Shown: positions 28,267-37,192, counted from the stretch's first letter. The stretch is DNA of 64,000 nucleotides from an uncultured Pirellulales bacterium (GCA_964519995.1 CAZFLY010000001.1:546-64545); one strand, 5' to 3'. Numbers and translations: made by a program. The notes: generated from the sequence alone by a model not told the origin.

Positions 28267-29049
28267 TTACCTTCTTGCTGAACTGCCCCAGCAAGCTATC
28301 TGAGTTCTGAGAATATCTTCATTGCCGTTTTGTGTTTCTGAGAAGGCAGTTTTTCGATACCCAAAATCGATTGTACGTTGGTCCATCCACTTCCAATACT
28401 CAGAATGACCGTCTGCGAAGGAAAACGTCGTTCCTTCAGCGTGTCGAATTGGAGGCGGGTCCCACCATTGATCTATATTAGCGTATGTAGTCCAGCCGCC
28501 CAACGTAGCACCTGCAGTGCCGCCATCGTCCAGAAAGACAAATCTGAAAGCCGCCTCAGAAATCTCCATCTTTCCTTTAAGCATAATTCTGTCGTTATCC
28601 CAGCCTTTGCAGTTCATTGCGTCAACCACGGTGTACATCCGACATTCGTTCTGCGTATCCCTTCCGGTAGGACACTTGTATGAATTCAGGTTCTTAACGT
28701 AGGGATACAGGGCTCCATTCAGAATAGCTTGCTTTTTCTGTTTCATAGTCGTGCCCTCATCCCAATCCCTCTCCACCCAAGGAAGCTCTTTGTAATGTGA
28801 TTCGCGTGGCGAAAGGCCGGCCCTATACATATAATCGTACTCTTCAGTGTCGCCGTTAACAAGCTTGTCATCATTGTTGTCTGCGTATATGATCCAGGCG
28901 AGCGTCAACTGCTTAAGATTGTTAAGGCAAGCTACACGTTTGCCCTGTTCTCTGGCTCGATTCAGGGCCGGCATTAGTATTGCCATCAAAATAGCAATAA
29001 TGGCGATCACCACCAGAAGTTCTATTAGCGTAAATGCTGTACGTTTGTT
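28267..29049 (-). CDS. DUF1559-type prepilin N-terminal cleavage/methylation protein (H-X9-DG)
   Basis: [30 protein letters not shown], plus [12 protein letters not shown], an exact H-X9-DG. Confidence 0.85.
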   Translation of the reverse strand, partial: NKRTAFTLIELLVVIAIIAILMAILMPALNRAREQGKRVACLNNLKQLTLAWIIYADNNDDKLVNGDTEEYDYMYRAGLSPRESHYKELPWVERDWDEGTTMKQKKQAILNGALYPYVKNLNSYKCPTGRDTQNECRMYTVVDAMNCKGWDNDRIMLKGKMEISEAAFRFVFLDDGGTAGATLGGWTTYANIDQWWDPPPIRHAEGTTFSFADGHSEYWKWMDQRTIDFGYRKTAFSETQNGNEDILRTQIACWGSSARR

Positions 29050-29260
29050 CATAATGATGGCCTTTTCTCTGGCTAACAACTTCCTACCTAAGATGCAGCA
29101 AACCGTTATGATGTTCCCTTGCTTTGCCGAGTTGAGCTCGTGTACGCTGATACGTTCTCAGACCAGCTTTATTCGGCCAGCGACTATACGCTGAGATCAG
29201 CCAGGCAGTACTCGCGGATGCGTCTGTCATCACAAGCCTGCCATGGCTCGCAATTCTATG

Positions 29261-29356
29261 TTATACAGGGCAGCAGCAGCCTCTGTTTAAAAACATAAAC
29301 AGTAAGCTAAGAGCTGCTATGGCCAGAACTTGTAATAGAACCATACCTTTTCTCAT
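29261..29356 (-). CDS. 31-aa hydrophobic, Cys-rich small protein candidate
   Basis: AAGGAGGAG lies 8 nt upstream of the ATG. Product is MRKGMVLLQVLAIAALSLLFMFLNRGCCCPV*. Too short to appear in the ORF track. A promoter-like element lies upstream. Confidence 0.4.
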   Translation of the reverse strand: MRKGMVLLQVLAIAALSLLFMFLNRGCCCPV

Positions 29357-29411
29357 ACGATTTTTCTCCTCCTTTATAAGAGACTCAAATGAATGTTCAC
29401 ACGATATTTAT

Positions 29412-29440
29412 ATTATAGTGTAAGCGCTACGGCTTTTCAA
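29412..29440 (-). promoter_or_regulatory. sigma-70 consensus-like promoter
   Basis: Minus strand TTGAAA (29440-29435), 17-nt spacer, TATAAT (29417-29412), about 55 nt upstream of the small ORF. Confidence 0.45.
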
Positions 29441-29625
29441 CAGTTATGGCCCTATTCCGGCTGGCGAAAGATTGATAAATCTGATTTCTGTGCGTTTGCG
29501 ACGTTGCCCTATCTTTTTGCTAATAAAGGACTAACAGCAGCAGAGAACGTACACTCGGCAATCCTCAGGGCAATTCGATTTTTGGCAGTTTAGGTAATAT
29601 TGGAAAGCTCACGCCACCTGTATCT

Positions 29626-30510
29626 TTACCTCTTCAAATGGTCGCAGCATAAATTTGTCATGGAGACATAGTCTTGTGGACCGAGCTGCTCAGGACGCTG
29701 GCTGGCGGTAATGGAACACAGCTCAAAGACACGTTGCCAGTCGATTTTGGCCAATTTGCCACGTGCAAGCCGTGCACAGGCCTTTAGCGTTTTGCGGCGA
29801 TGGCCCATAAACAACCTAACAATCTCAGTGAACAGTTGCATATCTTTGATTCTGTTCGACCTATCTGTTAGACGGACAAAGCTTATCATAGCTGAATCAA
29901 CCTGCGGCGGCGGCCAAAAGACCGACGGTTTGAGAGTTCTCACAGCTTCTACCTCGCCAGTTGCGCATAAGAGGATACTCAATATGCCGTAATTTTTACT
30001 GCCAGGCTCAGCAGTCATCCGGTCGGCAAGTTCCTTCTGGACTGTAACGAACATAGCATCTGCCGTTACCGGGCCGGTGATAAGATCCGCCATAACAGGT
30101 GAGGCTACATTGTATGGTAGATTCGCGAGTAAAAGTAATCGGCCACTGTGCTGTCCTCGGGCGGCCTGTAGAATCCCAACGACAGTTTGATTGATAGAGT
30201 TTTTGCTCTTAAGAACGTCACAGTTGATAATCTCTACGTTTTTGCAGTCTGCGAGTAGGCCCTTGGCGATTGCAGCAAGACAGCGATCAATTTCAACGGC
30301 TACAACGGTGCCGGCTCGCTGAGCCAGTACCTCAGTCAGCGAACCAGTGCCACAGCCGACTTCGAGCACAATATCATCCTTGTGGACATTCGCGCAGTCT
30401 ACAAGCAGTTGCATAAGATTCAGGTCGATCAGAAAGTGCTGGCCAAGCTTTCTGTTTGGGCGGATACCAGTAGCCGAGAGCAATTGCCGGATTTTTTGCT
30501 TTGTCTGCAT
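29626..30510 (-). CDS. rsmA: 16S rRNA (adenine1518/1519-N6)-dimethyltransferase
   Basis: LGQHFLID, EVGCGTGSLTE, NLPYNVASP. Confidence 0.9.
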   Translation of the reverse strand: MQTKQKIRQLLSATGIRPNRKLGQHFLIDLNLMQLLVDCANVHKDDIVLEVGCGTGSLTEVLAQRAGTVVAVEIDRCLAAIAKGLLADCKNVEIINCDVLKSKNSINQTVVGILQAARGQHSGRLLLLANLPYNVASPVMADLITGPVTADAMFVTVQKELADRMTAEPGSKNYGILSILLCATGEVEAVRTLKPSVFWPPPQVDSAMISFVRLTDRSNRIKDMQLFTEIVRLFMGHRRKTLKACARLARGKLAKIDWQRVFELCSITASQRPEQLGPQDYVSMTNLCCDHLKR

Positions 30511-30572
30511 TAGATACAGTTATACTCGGCGGGTCGACTAATTAAGACACTAAAAAACACAGACGAGCTACT

Positions 30573-31661
30573 TTATTGGATCAGTGGTGGGCCATCTTGC
30601 GAGCCATGATGGGAAGAAACACCGGCAGGCTGACAAGCCTGCTTCACTTTGGTCATTTGTATTGCCATCTTTATTGCTGATTTCATCCCGGCTGGGTTGG
30701 CAAGGTTTCGACCTGCAATATCAAAAGCTGTACCGTGAGCCGGTGCTGTTCTTATTATTGGTATACCTATAGTGATGTTTACTGCGTGTTCAAAATCAAG
30801 CAGCTTTACAGGAATCATGCCCTGGTCGTGGTACATTGCGACTACTGCATCAAATTCACCCTGCAATGCCCGGCCAAATAGCGTATCGGCTGGAAACGGA
30901 CCATCACAGTTTATTCCCTGCTCCTGAGCGAGCAGGATAGCAGGAGATATTATACGATTTTCCTCATCGCCGAATTGACCGTTCTCGCCGGCATGAGGAT
31001 TTAGTGCCGCAACGCCGATCCTCGGATTATCCAGACCAAAGTATTTTTTCAGAGTGGTGTTTAATAAATCTATTGGCTCAAAGACACAGCCTATCGTAAA
31101 CTTGTGGCGCACTTCAAAAAGTGCTTGGTGTATCGTAGCTAGGGCAATCTTGAGTGGACCACTGACAAACATCATTGCCTTTCGCTTTGCCTTGCAGCGC
31201 TTCGCGAACATCTCTGTATGCCCCGGCCATTCGGCACCAGCCATTTTCCAGCTCGATTTGCTTATAGGCCCAGTCACGACCGCATCTATGATGTGCCGTT
31301 GAGCAGCATCAATAGCATCGAGGCAGAATCTTATTGATGCCTCACCGGATGCTCTGCTCGTCCCCTTTACCCAAGGCGGCACAGAATATTCATCATAATC
31401 GGCAACAACAACTTTATACGGATAATCTCTGCTTATTTTTTCGTGCTGATGGCGGCCCCAGAAAGGCTCGATCTCTGCGCGATCCGCCGCATAATAAAGC
31501 TGCTCGTTCATACCGAAAATTATGAACTTAGCCAATCGGCGAATCTCCGGATCAGCCAAAGCCTTTACAATGACCTCCGGCCCAATCCCCGCTGGATCAC
31601 CCATTGTTAGTCCAACAACCGGCTGCTCAGTTATCGAATTGTTGCTATTGTATTTATCCAT
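30573..31661 (-). CDS. pdxA: 4-hydroxythreonine-4-phosphate dehydrogenase
   Basis: GDPAGIGPEV, GHTEMF, NPHAGENG, TAPAHGTAFDIAG. ATG at 31661 chosen because the track extension to 31715 reads through the repeat. Confidence 0.9.
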   Translation of the reverse strand: MDKYNSNNSITEQPVVGLTMGDPAGIGPEVIVKALADPEIRRLAKFIIFGMNEQLYYAADRAEIEPFWGRHQHEKISRDYPYKVVVADYDEYSVPPWVKGTSRASGEASIRFCLDAIDAAQRHIIDAVVTGPISKSSWKMAGAEWPGHTEMFAKRCKAKRKAMMFVSGPLKIALATIHQALFEVRHKFTIGCVFEPIDLLNTTLKKYFGLDNPRIGVAALNPHAGENGQFGDEENRIISPAILLAQEQGINCDGPFPADTLFGRALQGEFDAVVAMYHDQGMIPVKLLDFEHAVNITIGIPIIRTAPAHGTAFDIAGRNLANPAGMKSAIKMAIQMTKVKQACQPAGVSSHHGSQDGPPLIQ

Positions 31662-31691
31662 CTTGTTCTGTGTTAATTGTCCGTTGTTCAT

Positions 31692-31727
31692 CGACGAACT
31701 ATGAACGACAAACAACGAACTACGAAC
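31692..31727 (-). repeat. GTTCGTAGTTC-type repeat, inverted relative to 27177
   Basis: The reverse complement reads GTTCGTAGTTCGTTGTTTGTCGTTCATAGTTCGTCG. It lies 31-66 nt upstream of the pdxA start. Confidence 0.7.
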
Positions 31728-31737
31728 AGCGTTCAGC

Positions 31738-31765
31738 GAGACACGAAATACGAGACACGAAATAC
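31738..31765. repeat. tandem 14-mer GAGACACGAAATAC x2
   Basis: Perfect direct duplication in the ribE-pdxA spacer. Confidence 0.85.
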
Positions 31766-31773
31766 AGCAGGCG

Positions 31774-32418
31774 TTAGAAACCTGATTGTCTCAGTCTTTC
31801 AACTGTCAACGGTTGTTCCGTCGGCATAATATCGTCCAGATGCCTCTTTATAGCCTTGACTATTATATCAGTCTCAACATTTACAATATCGCTGGTTCTT
31901 GCGTTGCCCAGTGTGGTTTTTTTTAGTGTCTCCGATATCAGCGATACACTAAAGCTTTCGTCGTCAATATCAACTATCGTCAGGCTTATTCCATCGACGG
32001 CAACTGAGCCTTTAACGACCATCTGGTCTATAAGCTCAGGCTCAGTCGCAAATGTCATATCGGCAAATTCGCCCTGTCCTTTCTTTATAGCCTTAATTGT
32101 GGCTTTGCCATCGACATGGCCCAGAACGAAATGGCCGCCAAATCTATCAGCAGCTTTGAGAGCCCGTTCCACATTGACCGGGCGTCCCTGCCTGAGTGTG
32201 CCTAATGTCGATTTAGTTATTGTCTCAGCGCTAAGCGCAAAACTCGCGAGGCTGCCGATAAGCTCCGTAATAGTCAGACAAGCCCCATTTATAGCAATAC
32301 TATCGCCTACCTTGCAGCCCTCAGCCAATTGGCTTAGGTCCACAGTAAGTAACAATCCGCCCAGGCGATGGCCAATTGATTTAACGTTACAAATACCCTC
32401 TATTATCCCTGTGAACAT
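31774..32418 (-). CDS. ribE: riboflavin synthase alpha subunit
   Basis: MFTGIIEGI and two lumazine-binding repeats (GDSIAINGACLTI, GSVAVDGISLTI). Confidence 0.9.
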   Translation of the reverse strand: MFTGIIEGICNVKSIGHRLGGLLLTVDLSQLAEGCKVGDSIAINGACLTITELIGSLASFALSAETITKSTLGTLRQGRPVNVERALKAADRFGGHFVLGHVDGKATIKAIKKGQGEFADMTFATEPELIDQMVVKGSVAVDGISLTIVDIDDESFSVSLISETLKKTTLGNARTSDIVNVETDIIVKAIKRHLDDIMPTEQPLTVERLRQSGF

Positions 32419-32653
32419 AATTCGTCACCCGTTGGCCGTATCTCATTCTGGCTAACACTCTTATGCTACGATGACAAGGATTAAAAGTCAAACTTTTGTT
32501 GCGGTGAGTCTGGAGTTATCGGAATTAAAGCGATTTTGCTTTCAGAGTCCATAGTATGGTGGTAGTATTAAAATATAGTGCAGGTTCTTAACGTTTTTCG
32601 TACTGTCATGAGAAATATCGGTCTCTGGAGATAAGAAGGGGGGGTATGCAATT

Positions 32654-33193
32654 ATGGGTACATTTTGGCTGAAAATTGCAGGATTAGTTGTTGTAATTGT
32701 GATTGGGATTGTGCTTATAAGCGTCTTTACATCTTCTAATCGGCAATCGGCCACAGAGCAGAAACCCGAACAGAAGACGGTCTATGACCAGTTTGATGAA
32801 GACGAGGAGAAATTCGGTATTAAATACGAATCGGGTCAGGCCACAGGGCAAAGCTCTGAGGCTCAAAGCGCCAAAGGTTCTCAGCCGGGCACACAAATCA
32901 CAACAGCGCCGCTGCCCAAGCTGACTTTTAGGAAGCTCAGCATAGAGGAAGAGGTTGAGGCTCAGAAGCTATTTGAGATGGCCAAGGCCGAGCGGAAGAT
33001 GGGCCGGCTTCCTGTCATGGGCTACAAGAAGATGGTTGACTACTGCCGCGAGATAATTCGTCGCTGGCCAGATAGTGAGTACGCCTTTCAGTCAAAGAGG
33101 ATGCTCGCCGATATCCCCGAACGATACCACGAAATGTACCACGTTACGAAAGAAGAACTCGACCTTAGCAGTTTCTACAAAAATAGTAAATAA
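32654..33193 (+). CDS. hypothetical membrane-anchored protein
   Basis: GGGGG-type Shine-Dalgarno, N-terminal TM segment (LKIAGLVVVIVIGIVLISVF), low-complexity linker and a helical C-terminal domain. Confidence 0.5.
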   Translation: MGTFWLKIAGLVVVIVIGIVLISVFTSSNRQSATEQKPEQKTVYDQFDEDEEKFGIKYESGQATGQSSEAQSAKGSQPGTQITTAPLPKLTFRKLSIEEEVEAQKLFEMAKAERKMGRLPVMGYKKMVDYCREIIRRWPDSEYAFQSKRMLADIPERYHEMYHVTKEELDLSSFYKNSK

Positions 33194-33218
33194 TTCAAAA
33201 ACAAGGAGTAAAGACAAA

Positions 33219-34109
33219 ATGTCTGCCTCAACCTTGGTTACCGGCATACCTTTGATATCGGTCACTGCAGATTGCCTGCCGGAGGTCTGGGAAAAGGCGG
33301 TTCTTGCCGTCTGGGACAAGGGCCTTGATATAAAAACTCAGTACGATAAGTTAGAAGATCCGCCAAGCAAAGATGCAACTGCTGTGATTACTGTTACAAA
33401 CCCTTTTAACGAACCCCGCATACATAAGAACTTTCCAGGCGGGCCTGAGGAACTTGAGGCATATCGACAAGAGGTAGTCGCAGGAATACACGACCATTGG
33501 ATAGACCCTGCCGCCGGTAAATGGACCTATACCTATCACGAGCGATTATTCTCGTACTCGTCCTCTGGGGACATTCAAGATGCCAATACACCACGGCCGC
33601 TTGAAAGGGTCGATCAGATTCAATACATAGTCGATTGTCTGTCAAAAGCTGGCCATAGCCGACGAGCGCAAGCGATAACATGGATGCCAACTGCTGATCC
33701 AGCTACCGAGCATCCACCATGCCTGCAAAGGATATGGTGTAGATTAGCTGCGAACGAGACCGGCGAGGTATCACTTAATATGAACACACACTGGAGAAGC
33801 AGAGATCTGTACAAGGCATGGTTTATGAACGCTTATGTACTAACCGACCTTCAAAAGATTATCGCTGAGCAAATATCCGCAAACATAGGTAAGTCAATAA
33901 AAGTCGGCAGATATGTTGACATAAGCGATTCGTTGCATATTTATGGCAGCTATTTTAATGAGGTCGCACCGGAGATAGAGAAGATGCGTAGCAGTTCGTT
34001 TCACCAGCGGTCATGGGCGAGTACTCACCCTGCTTTTAATGCTATGACCCGTGAAGCCAAAGAAAAACTCGCAAAAGACCCTGACTGGTACGCTAAGGCT
34101 CGCGGCTAA
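33219..34109 (+). CDS. thymidylate synthase (ThyA) superfamily protein, archaeal-like variant
   Basis: AAGGAG lies 10 nt upstream of ATG 33219. SRRAQAITWMP..HPPCLQRIW (Cys loop), HWRSRDLYKAWFMNAYVL (RSxD) and ISDSLHIYGSYF (D.H.Y) follow the ThyA-fold motif order. Confidence 0.65.
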   Translation: MSASTLVTGIPLISVTADCLPEVWEKAVLAVWDKGLDIKTQYDKLEDPPSKDATAVITVTNPFNEPRIHKNFPGGPEELEAYRQEVVAGIHDHWIDPAAGKWTYTYHERLFSYSSSGDIQDANTPRPLERVDQIQYIVDCLSKAGHSRRAQAITWMPTADPATEHPPCLQRIWCRLAANETGEVSLNMNTHWRSRDLYKAWFMNAYVLTDLQKIIAEQISANIGKSIKVGRYVDISDSLHIYGSYFNEVAPEIEKMRSSSFHQRSWASTHPAFNAMTREAKEKLAKDPDWYAKARG

Positions 34110-34379
34110 ATGTCAAGCGTGACGAGAAATCCAAAAATCAGATCTGAACCGAGAAAACAACATTAATAAGTTTTTCGGCATGCTCGGAAGTAAAACCAAA
34201 ATCAAGCAGATATAAAAAATCACGTCATAGGATTCCTAATAATATAAACCACTGAGAACCTTGCAAGACGCATTTCAATAAATCCTTACCTTGCACTACT
34301 TCGCTGATGGTTTGAAAAAGCAATGGCAAAAAATTGGTGCTCTGATTTGCCTTTTGTGTTTTTTGTATTAGACTTTACA

Positions 34380-34564
34380 TGAGTGAGCAGACAATACAGA
34401 GTAAGGATAACTCTCGTGCGGTCTATTTCAGGGAAATAGGGCATATAGAATCCCCGGATGGGGCATTGCCATTATACTTGGGCTTTGATTCATAACCCAA
34501 TGGGGGGGCTATGTGAGTTTCTTTCCGAGTTGGCCTCTGCGTTTCTTGACGCAGAGGCTTTTTT
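34380..34564 (+). ncRNA. candidate structured small RNA (5' end approximate)
   Basis: A series of hairpins (CTATTT-N5-AAATAG, CCCC-GGAT-GGGG, TTGGG-N13-CCCAA) ends in a strong intrinsic terminator. No convincing ORF (the best is 23 codons). It is separated from nrdR by about 225 nt. Confidence 0.3.
34533..34564 (+). terminator. intrinsic terminator
   Basis: GCCTCTGCG-tttcttga-CGCAGAGGC followed by TTTTTT. Confidence 0.7.
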
Positions 34565-34663
34565 CACACTTACCCTCAAATCGAGCCGAGATCGCTCAGT
34601 AAAGAAATCCAGCAGCTTATGAGGAGGCTCCAAATAAAAAAACTTATTGAAAGATTTTTCTTG

Positions 34664-34679
34664 ACATACTATATATTGT
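34664..34679 (+). promoter_or_regulatory. NrdR-box-like palindrome overlapping a TTGACA hexamer
   Basis: ACATACTATATATTGT matches 13/16 positions of the acaCwAtATaTwGtgt NrdR-box consensus as I recall it. Further CTATAT/ATATAG half-sites lie at 34703-34711 and 34723-34731. Confidence 0.4.
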
Positions 34680-34789
34680 TCTTACGCTATGTAGCTTAGA
34701 TAGATATAGTACGGTATTGACGTGCTATATGAAATCGGCGTTTAGTAGAGAGAAAAGATTGCTATAGACTAAGGAGGTCAACGTGGGCT

Positions 34790-35281
34790 GTGAGATGTCC
34801 CTTTTGCAAGGAAGACAGGGATAAAGTTGTTGACTCACGCTCAAGCGACGCCGGCAGGATAATTCGACGCCGTCGTCAATGCTTGGCATGCAAGAGACGC
34901 TTTACAACTTATGAAAAGGTGGGTGAGAGCTTCAAACTTCAGGTGATTAAAAAAGACAAGTCTCGGATCCCATACGATAGGGACAAGATTATTGCCGGTT
35001 TGCAGAAGGCTTGCTATAAAAGACCTGTTTCGGTAGAACAAGTTCAGCAAATAACAGATAAAGTCGAAGAAGATATATTTCGGAGGTTTGATAAGGAGGT
35101 CACATCATCTTTCATCGGTGATAGTGTCATGACGCACCTTAGGGTTGTTGATAAGGTTGCGTATATACGTTTCGCAAGTGTGTACCGTCGATTCAGAGAC
35201 GCAGGCGAATTGATTGAGGAGGTCAGTCGGGCTATTCAGCAGACGGAACCTATGGCACAACTGAAGCTTTTCGATGTATAG
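34790..35281 (+). CDS. nrdR: transcriptional repressor NrdR
   Basis: GTG start preceded by AAGGAGG. MRCPFC..CLACKRRFTTYE zinc ribbon plus an ATP-cone (VIKKDKSRIPYDRDKI..AYIRFASVYRRF). Confidence 0.95.
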   Translation: MRCPFCKEDRDKVVDSRSSDAGRIIRRRRQCLACKRRFTTYEKVGESFKLQVIKKDKSRIPYDRDKIIAGLQKACYKRPVSVEQVQQITDKVEEDIFRRFDKEVTSSFIGDSVMTHLRVVDKVAYIRFASVYRRFRDAGELIEEVSRAIQQTEPMAQLKLFDV

Positions 35282-35364
35282 GCAAGGCAGTCGGTAAGGA
35301 CTACCTTGTTCACTGTCTGATAGCCTCTTACTCTTGAGCCTTGCAGGGAGGCGACCTGTAGCAG

Positions 35365-35946
35365 ATGAGGATGCAGCTAAAGGTCATCAAGGCAGATGGA
35401 ACTGCCGAGGAGTACTTGCACACCAAGATAGTAGGTACCATAAGTAACGCTTTTAGCGAGGTAGGCAGACCGGATATATTCATCGCAGAAGAGCTTGCAG
35501 AGGTGGTGACTTATCATCTCTACCATCAGCAGAGTCGGCACAGTGTAGCCACCAGTGAAATCCTTTCCATAATCAAAGTAGTTCTCACATCCACGAATAA
35601 TGAAGATGCTGCGATTGCACTGAGCGAGCACTATTACGAGCGTAAGCTCAGGCGATCACGAATAGAAGTTGTTCGGGTTGACATTCAGGAACTGTCCGAT
35701 GCTGAACTTCTCAACGACACCGAGAACCTGCGCAGCAGGTACCGCTGGGACAAGGCCAGGATAGTAAATGACCTCGTAGCCGAGCAGGGCCTTTCAAGGC
35801 AGATGGCGAGGACCATCGCTTCGATGGTCGAGGAGAAGATTTTCAACATGGGAATTACGCCTGTCCCGGCTGGCCTGATAAAGCAACTCGTCCTTAGAGA
35901 CGCTGCGGCTATTCTGCAGGCCCAGCAACAACTGCAAACCGTCTAA
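35365..35946 (+). CDS. stand-alone ATP-cone domain protein (one clear plus one degenerate cone)
   Basis: LKVIKADGTAEEYLHTKIVGTISNAF..AEELAEVV..SEILSIIKVVL fits the ATP-cone pattern. The second half (RWDKARIVNDLVAEQGLSRQMARTIASMVEEKIF..LIKQLV) resembles NrdD-type N-terminal cones. No catalytic domain is present. Confidence 0.6.
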   Translation: MRMQLKVIKADGTAEEYLHTKIVGTISNAFSEVGRPDIFIAEELAEVVTYHLYHQQSRHSVATSEILSIIKVVLTSTNNEDAAIALSEHYYERKLRRSRIEVVRVDIQELSDAELLNDTENLRSRYRWDKARIVNDLVAEQGLSRQMARTIASMVEEKIFNMGITPVPAGLIKQLVLRDAAAILQAQQQLQTV

Positions 35947-36004
35947 ACAGACTTATCACACAGTATCCATCACTTTTTGAAATTAACACATCCACTCATT
36001 GAGT

Positions 36005-36931
36005 TCAGTAGTTGATTATTTTCTTTACGCGGTCGAGGATATTGTTTTTCAGCTCTACCGACGTAGTGTCGAGCCAGTTGACGTTTCTAAAGGTCTTAAA
36101 CCATGTGCGCTGACTCTTGGCCAATCGTCGGGTGTTCCTTTTCATAAGCTCGACAGCCTCATCAAGCGTCCTCCGACCGGCCAGGTGCTCGATTATCTCC
36201 GCATAACCAATGGCACTGTTAGCCTGTTTACTGAGAGGTTTGTCTTCAGCCAGCAAAAACTTAACCTCATCGACCAGGCCAGCGGAAACCATTCTCTTTA
36301 CCCTGGCATTGATCTGCCGATTCTCCTCAGCCCTTTCTCTTCGTATGCCTATTATCATCCAACCATGTTGTGTATTGCGTCTATCCCACTGCTTCTGAAA
36401 GATCGAGATAGGTCTGCCGGTGATCTTGTATACCTCTATAGCGCGGATTATGCGTCTCGCGTCATTCGGACTTATCCGCTCAGCAGCGACTGGGTCAATC
36501 AACGCCAATTCTCTGTGGAGCTCTACCAGTCCCTCGGCTTCTGCACGTGCTCGTAGTTCGTCGCGCAGCCACTCATCAGCTCCAGGTCCCTCAAAAAGAC
36601 CGTACAAGAGCGCCTTTATATAAAGAGCTGTTCCACCAACGGCAACGATATTCTTTCTGCGAGACGTTATTTGTTGCATTGCTTTTTGAGCATGCTCGAG
36701 GAATGCTCCGACACTGAACGACTCGCTCGGTTCAACCACATCGACCAGATGGTGTTTGACTTGCTGCAGAGCCTCCTTGGGCGGCTTGGCCGTACCGATA
36801 TTCATTCGGCGATAGACCTTCATCGAGTCGACGCTAATAATTTCAGCGTCCAAACTCCTGGCAAGTTCAAAGGCCAATTGCCCTTTGCCTGACGCAGTAA
36901 CACCAAGAATTAGAACTCTATTAGCGGCCAT
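36005..36931 (-). CDS. miaA: tRNA dimethylallyltransferase
   Basis: P-loop GVTASGKG, HHLVDV, GGTALYIKALL. Confidence 0.9.
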   Translation of the reverse strand: MAANRVLILGVTASGKGQLAFELARSLDAEIISVDSMKVYRRMNIGTAKPPKEALQQVKHHLVDVVEPSESFSVGAFLEHAQKAMQQITSRRKNIVAVGGTALYIKALLYGLFEGPGADEWLRDELRARAEAEGLVELHRELALIDPVAAERISPNDARRIIRAIEVYKITGRPISIFQKQWDRRNTQHGWMIIGIRRERAEENRQINARVKRMVSAGLVDEVKFLLAEDKPLSKQANSAIGYAEIIEHLAGRRTLDEAVELMKRNTRRLAKSQRTWFKTFRNVNWLDTTSVELKNNILDRVKKIINY

Positions 36932-36946
36932 TTTATGAAACGAAAA

Positions 36947-37192
36947 TGCTTTGTAGAAACCTTCACAACAAGGTCATTTTGAGCGGAGCCCCCGTGTCTT
37001 CTGTCTTGCCTCTGCGACTCTCGTCGCTCGCATCTGCGGTTACGCGAGTGCAGGCGCAAGACGAGGCAGCAGGCAAAGACAAAAACAGGGGCGAAGCCGA
37101 GAAATCTGCATGCAACAGCGCTGCTAACCCAGATTTCTCCACTCCGTTCGCTGCGCTCACTACGGTCGAAATGACATCTTTTCTACGGAGCA
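36947..37192 (+). repeat. MITE-like element, long variant with nested module
   Basis: Outer inverted arms TGCTTTGTAGAAA / TTTCTACGGAGCA. Inner termini GTCATTTTGAGCG / GGTCGAAATGAC. About 75 nt are near-identical (inverted) to 57407-57480. It carries an extra ~70-nt module absent from the 57390 copy. Confidence 0.8.

Noticed and set aside
31856-32455. 199-aa plus-strand ORF
   Set aside because: Antisense to ribE, which is strongly supported.
32419-32653. FMN (RFN) riboswitch upstream of ribE
   Set aside because: Only an isolated AGTCTGGA word is present, and it is on the wrong strand. The conserved RFN core helices are absent.
33075-33218. N-terminal extension of the ThyA-like ORF overlapping the upstream gene
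   Set aside because: The internal ATG at 33219 has an AAGGAG SD, and the extension overlaps the 3' end of 32654..33193.
35999-36556. 185-aa plus-strand ORF
   Set aside because: Antisense to miaA.
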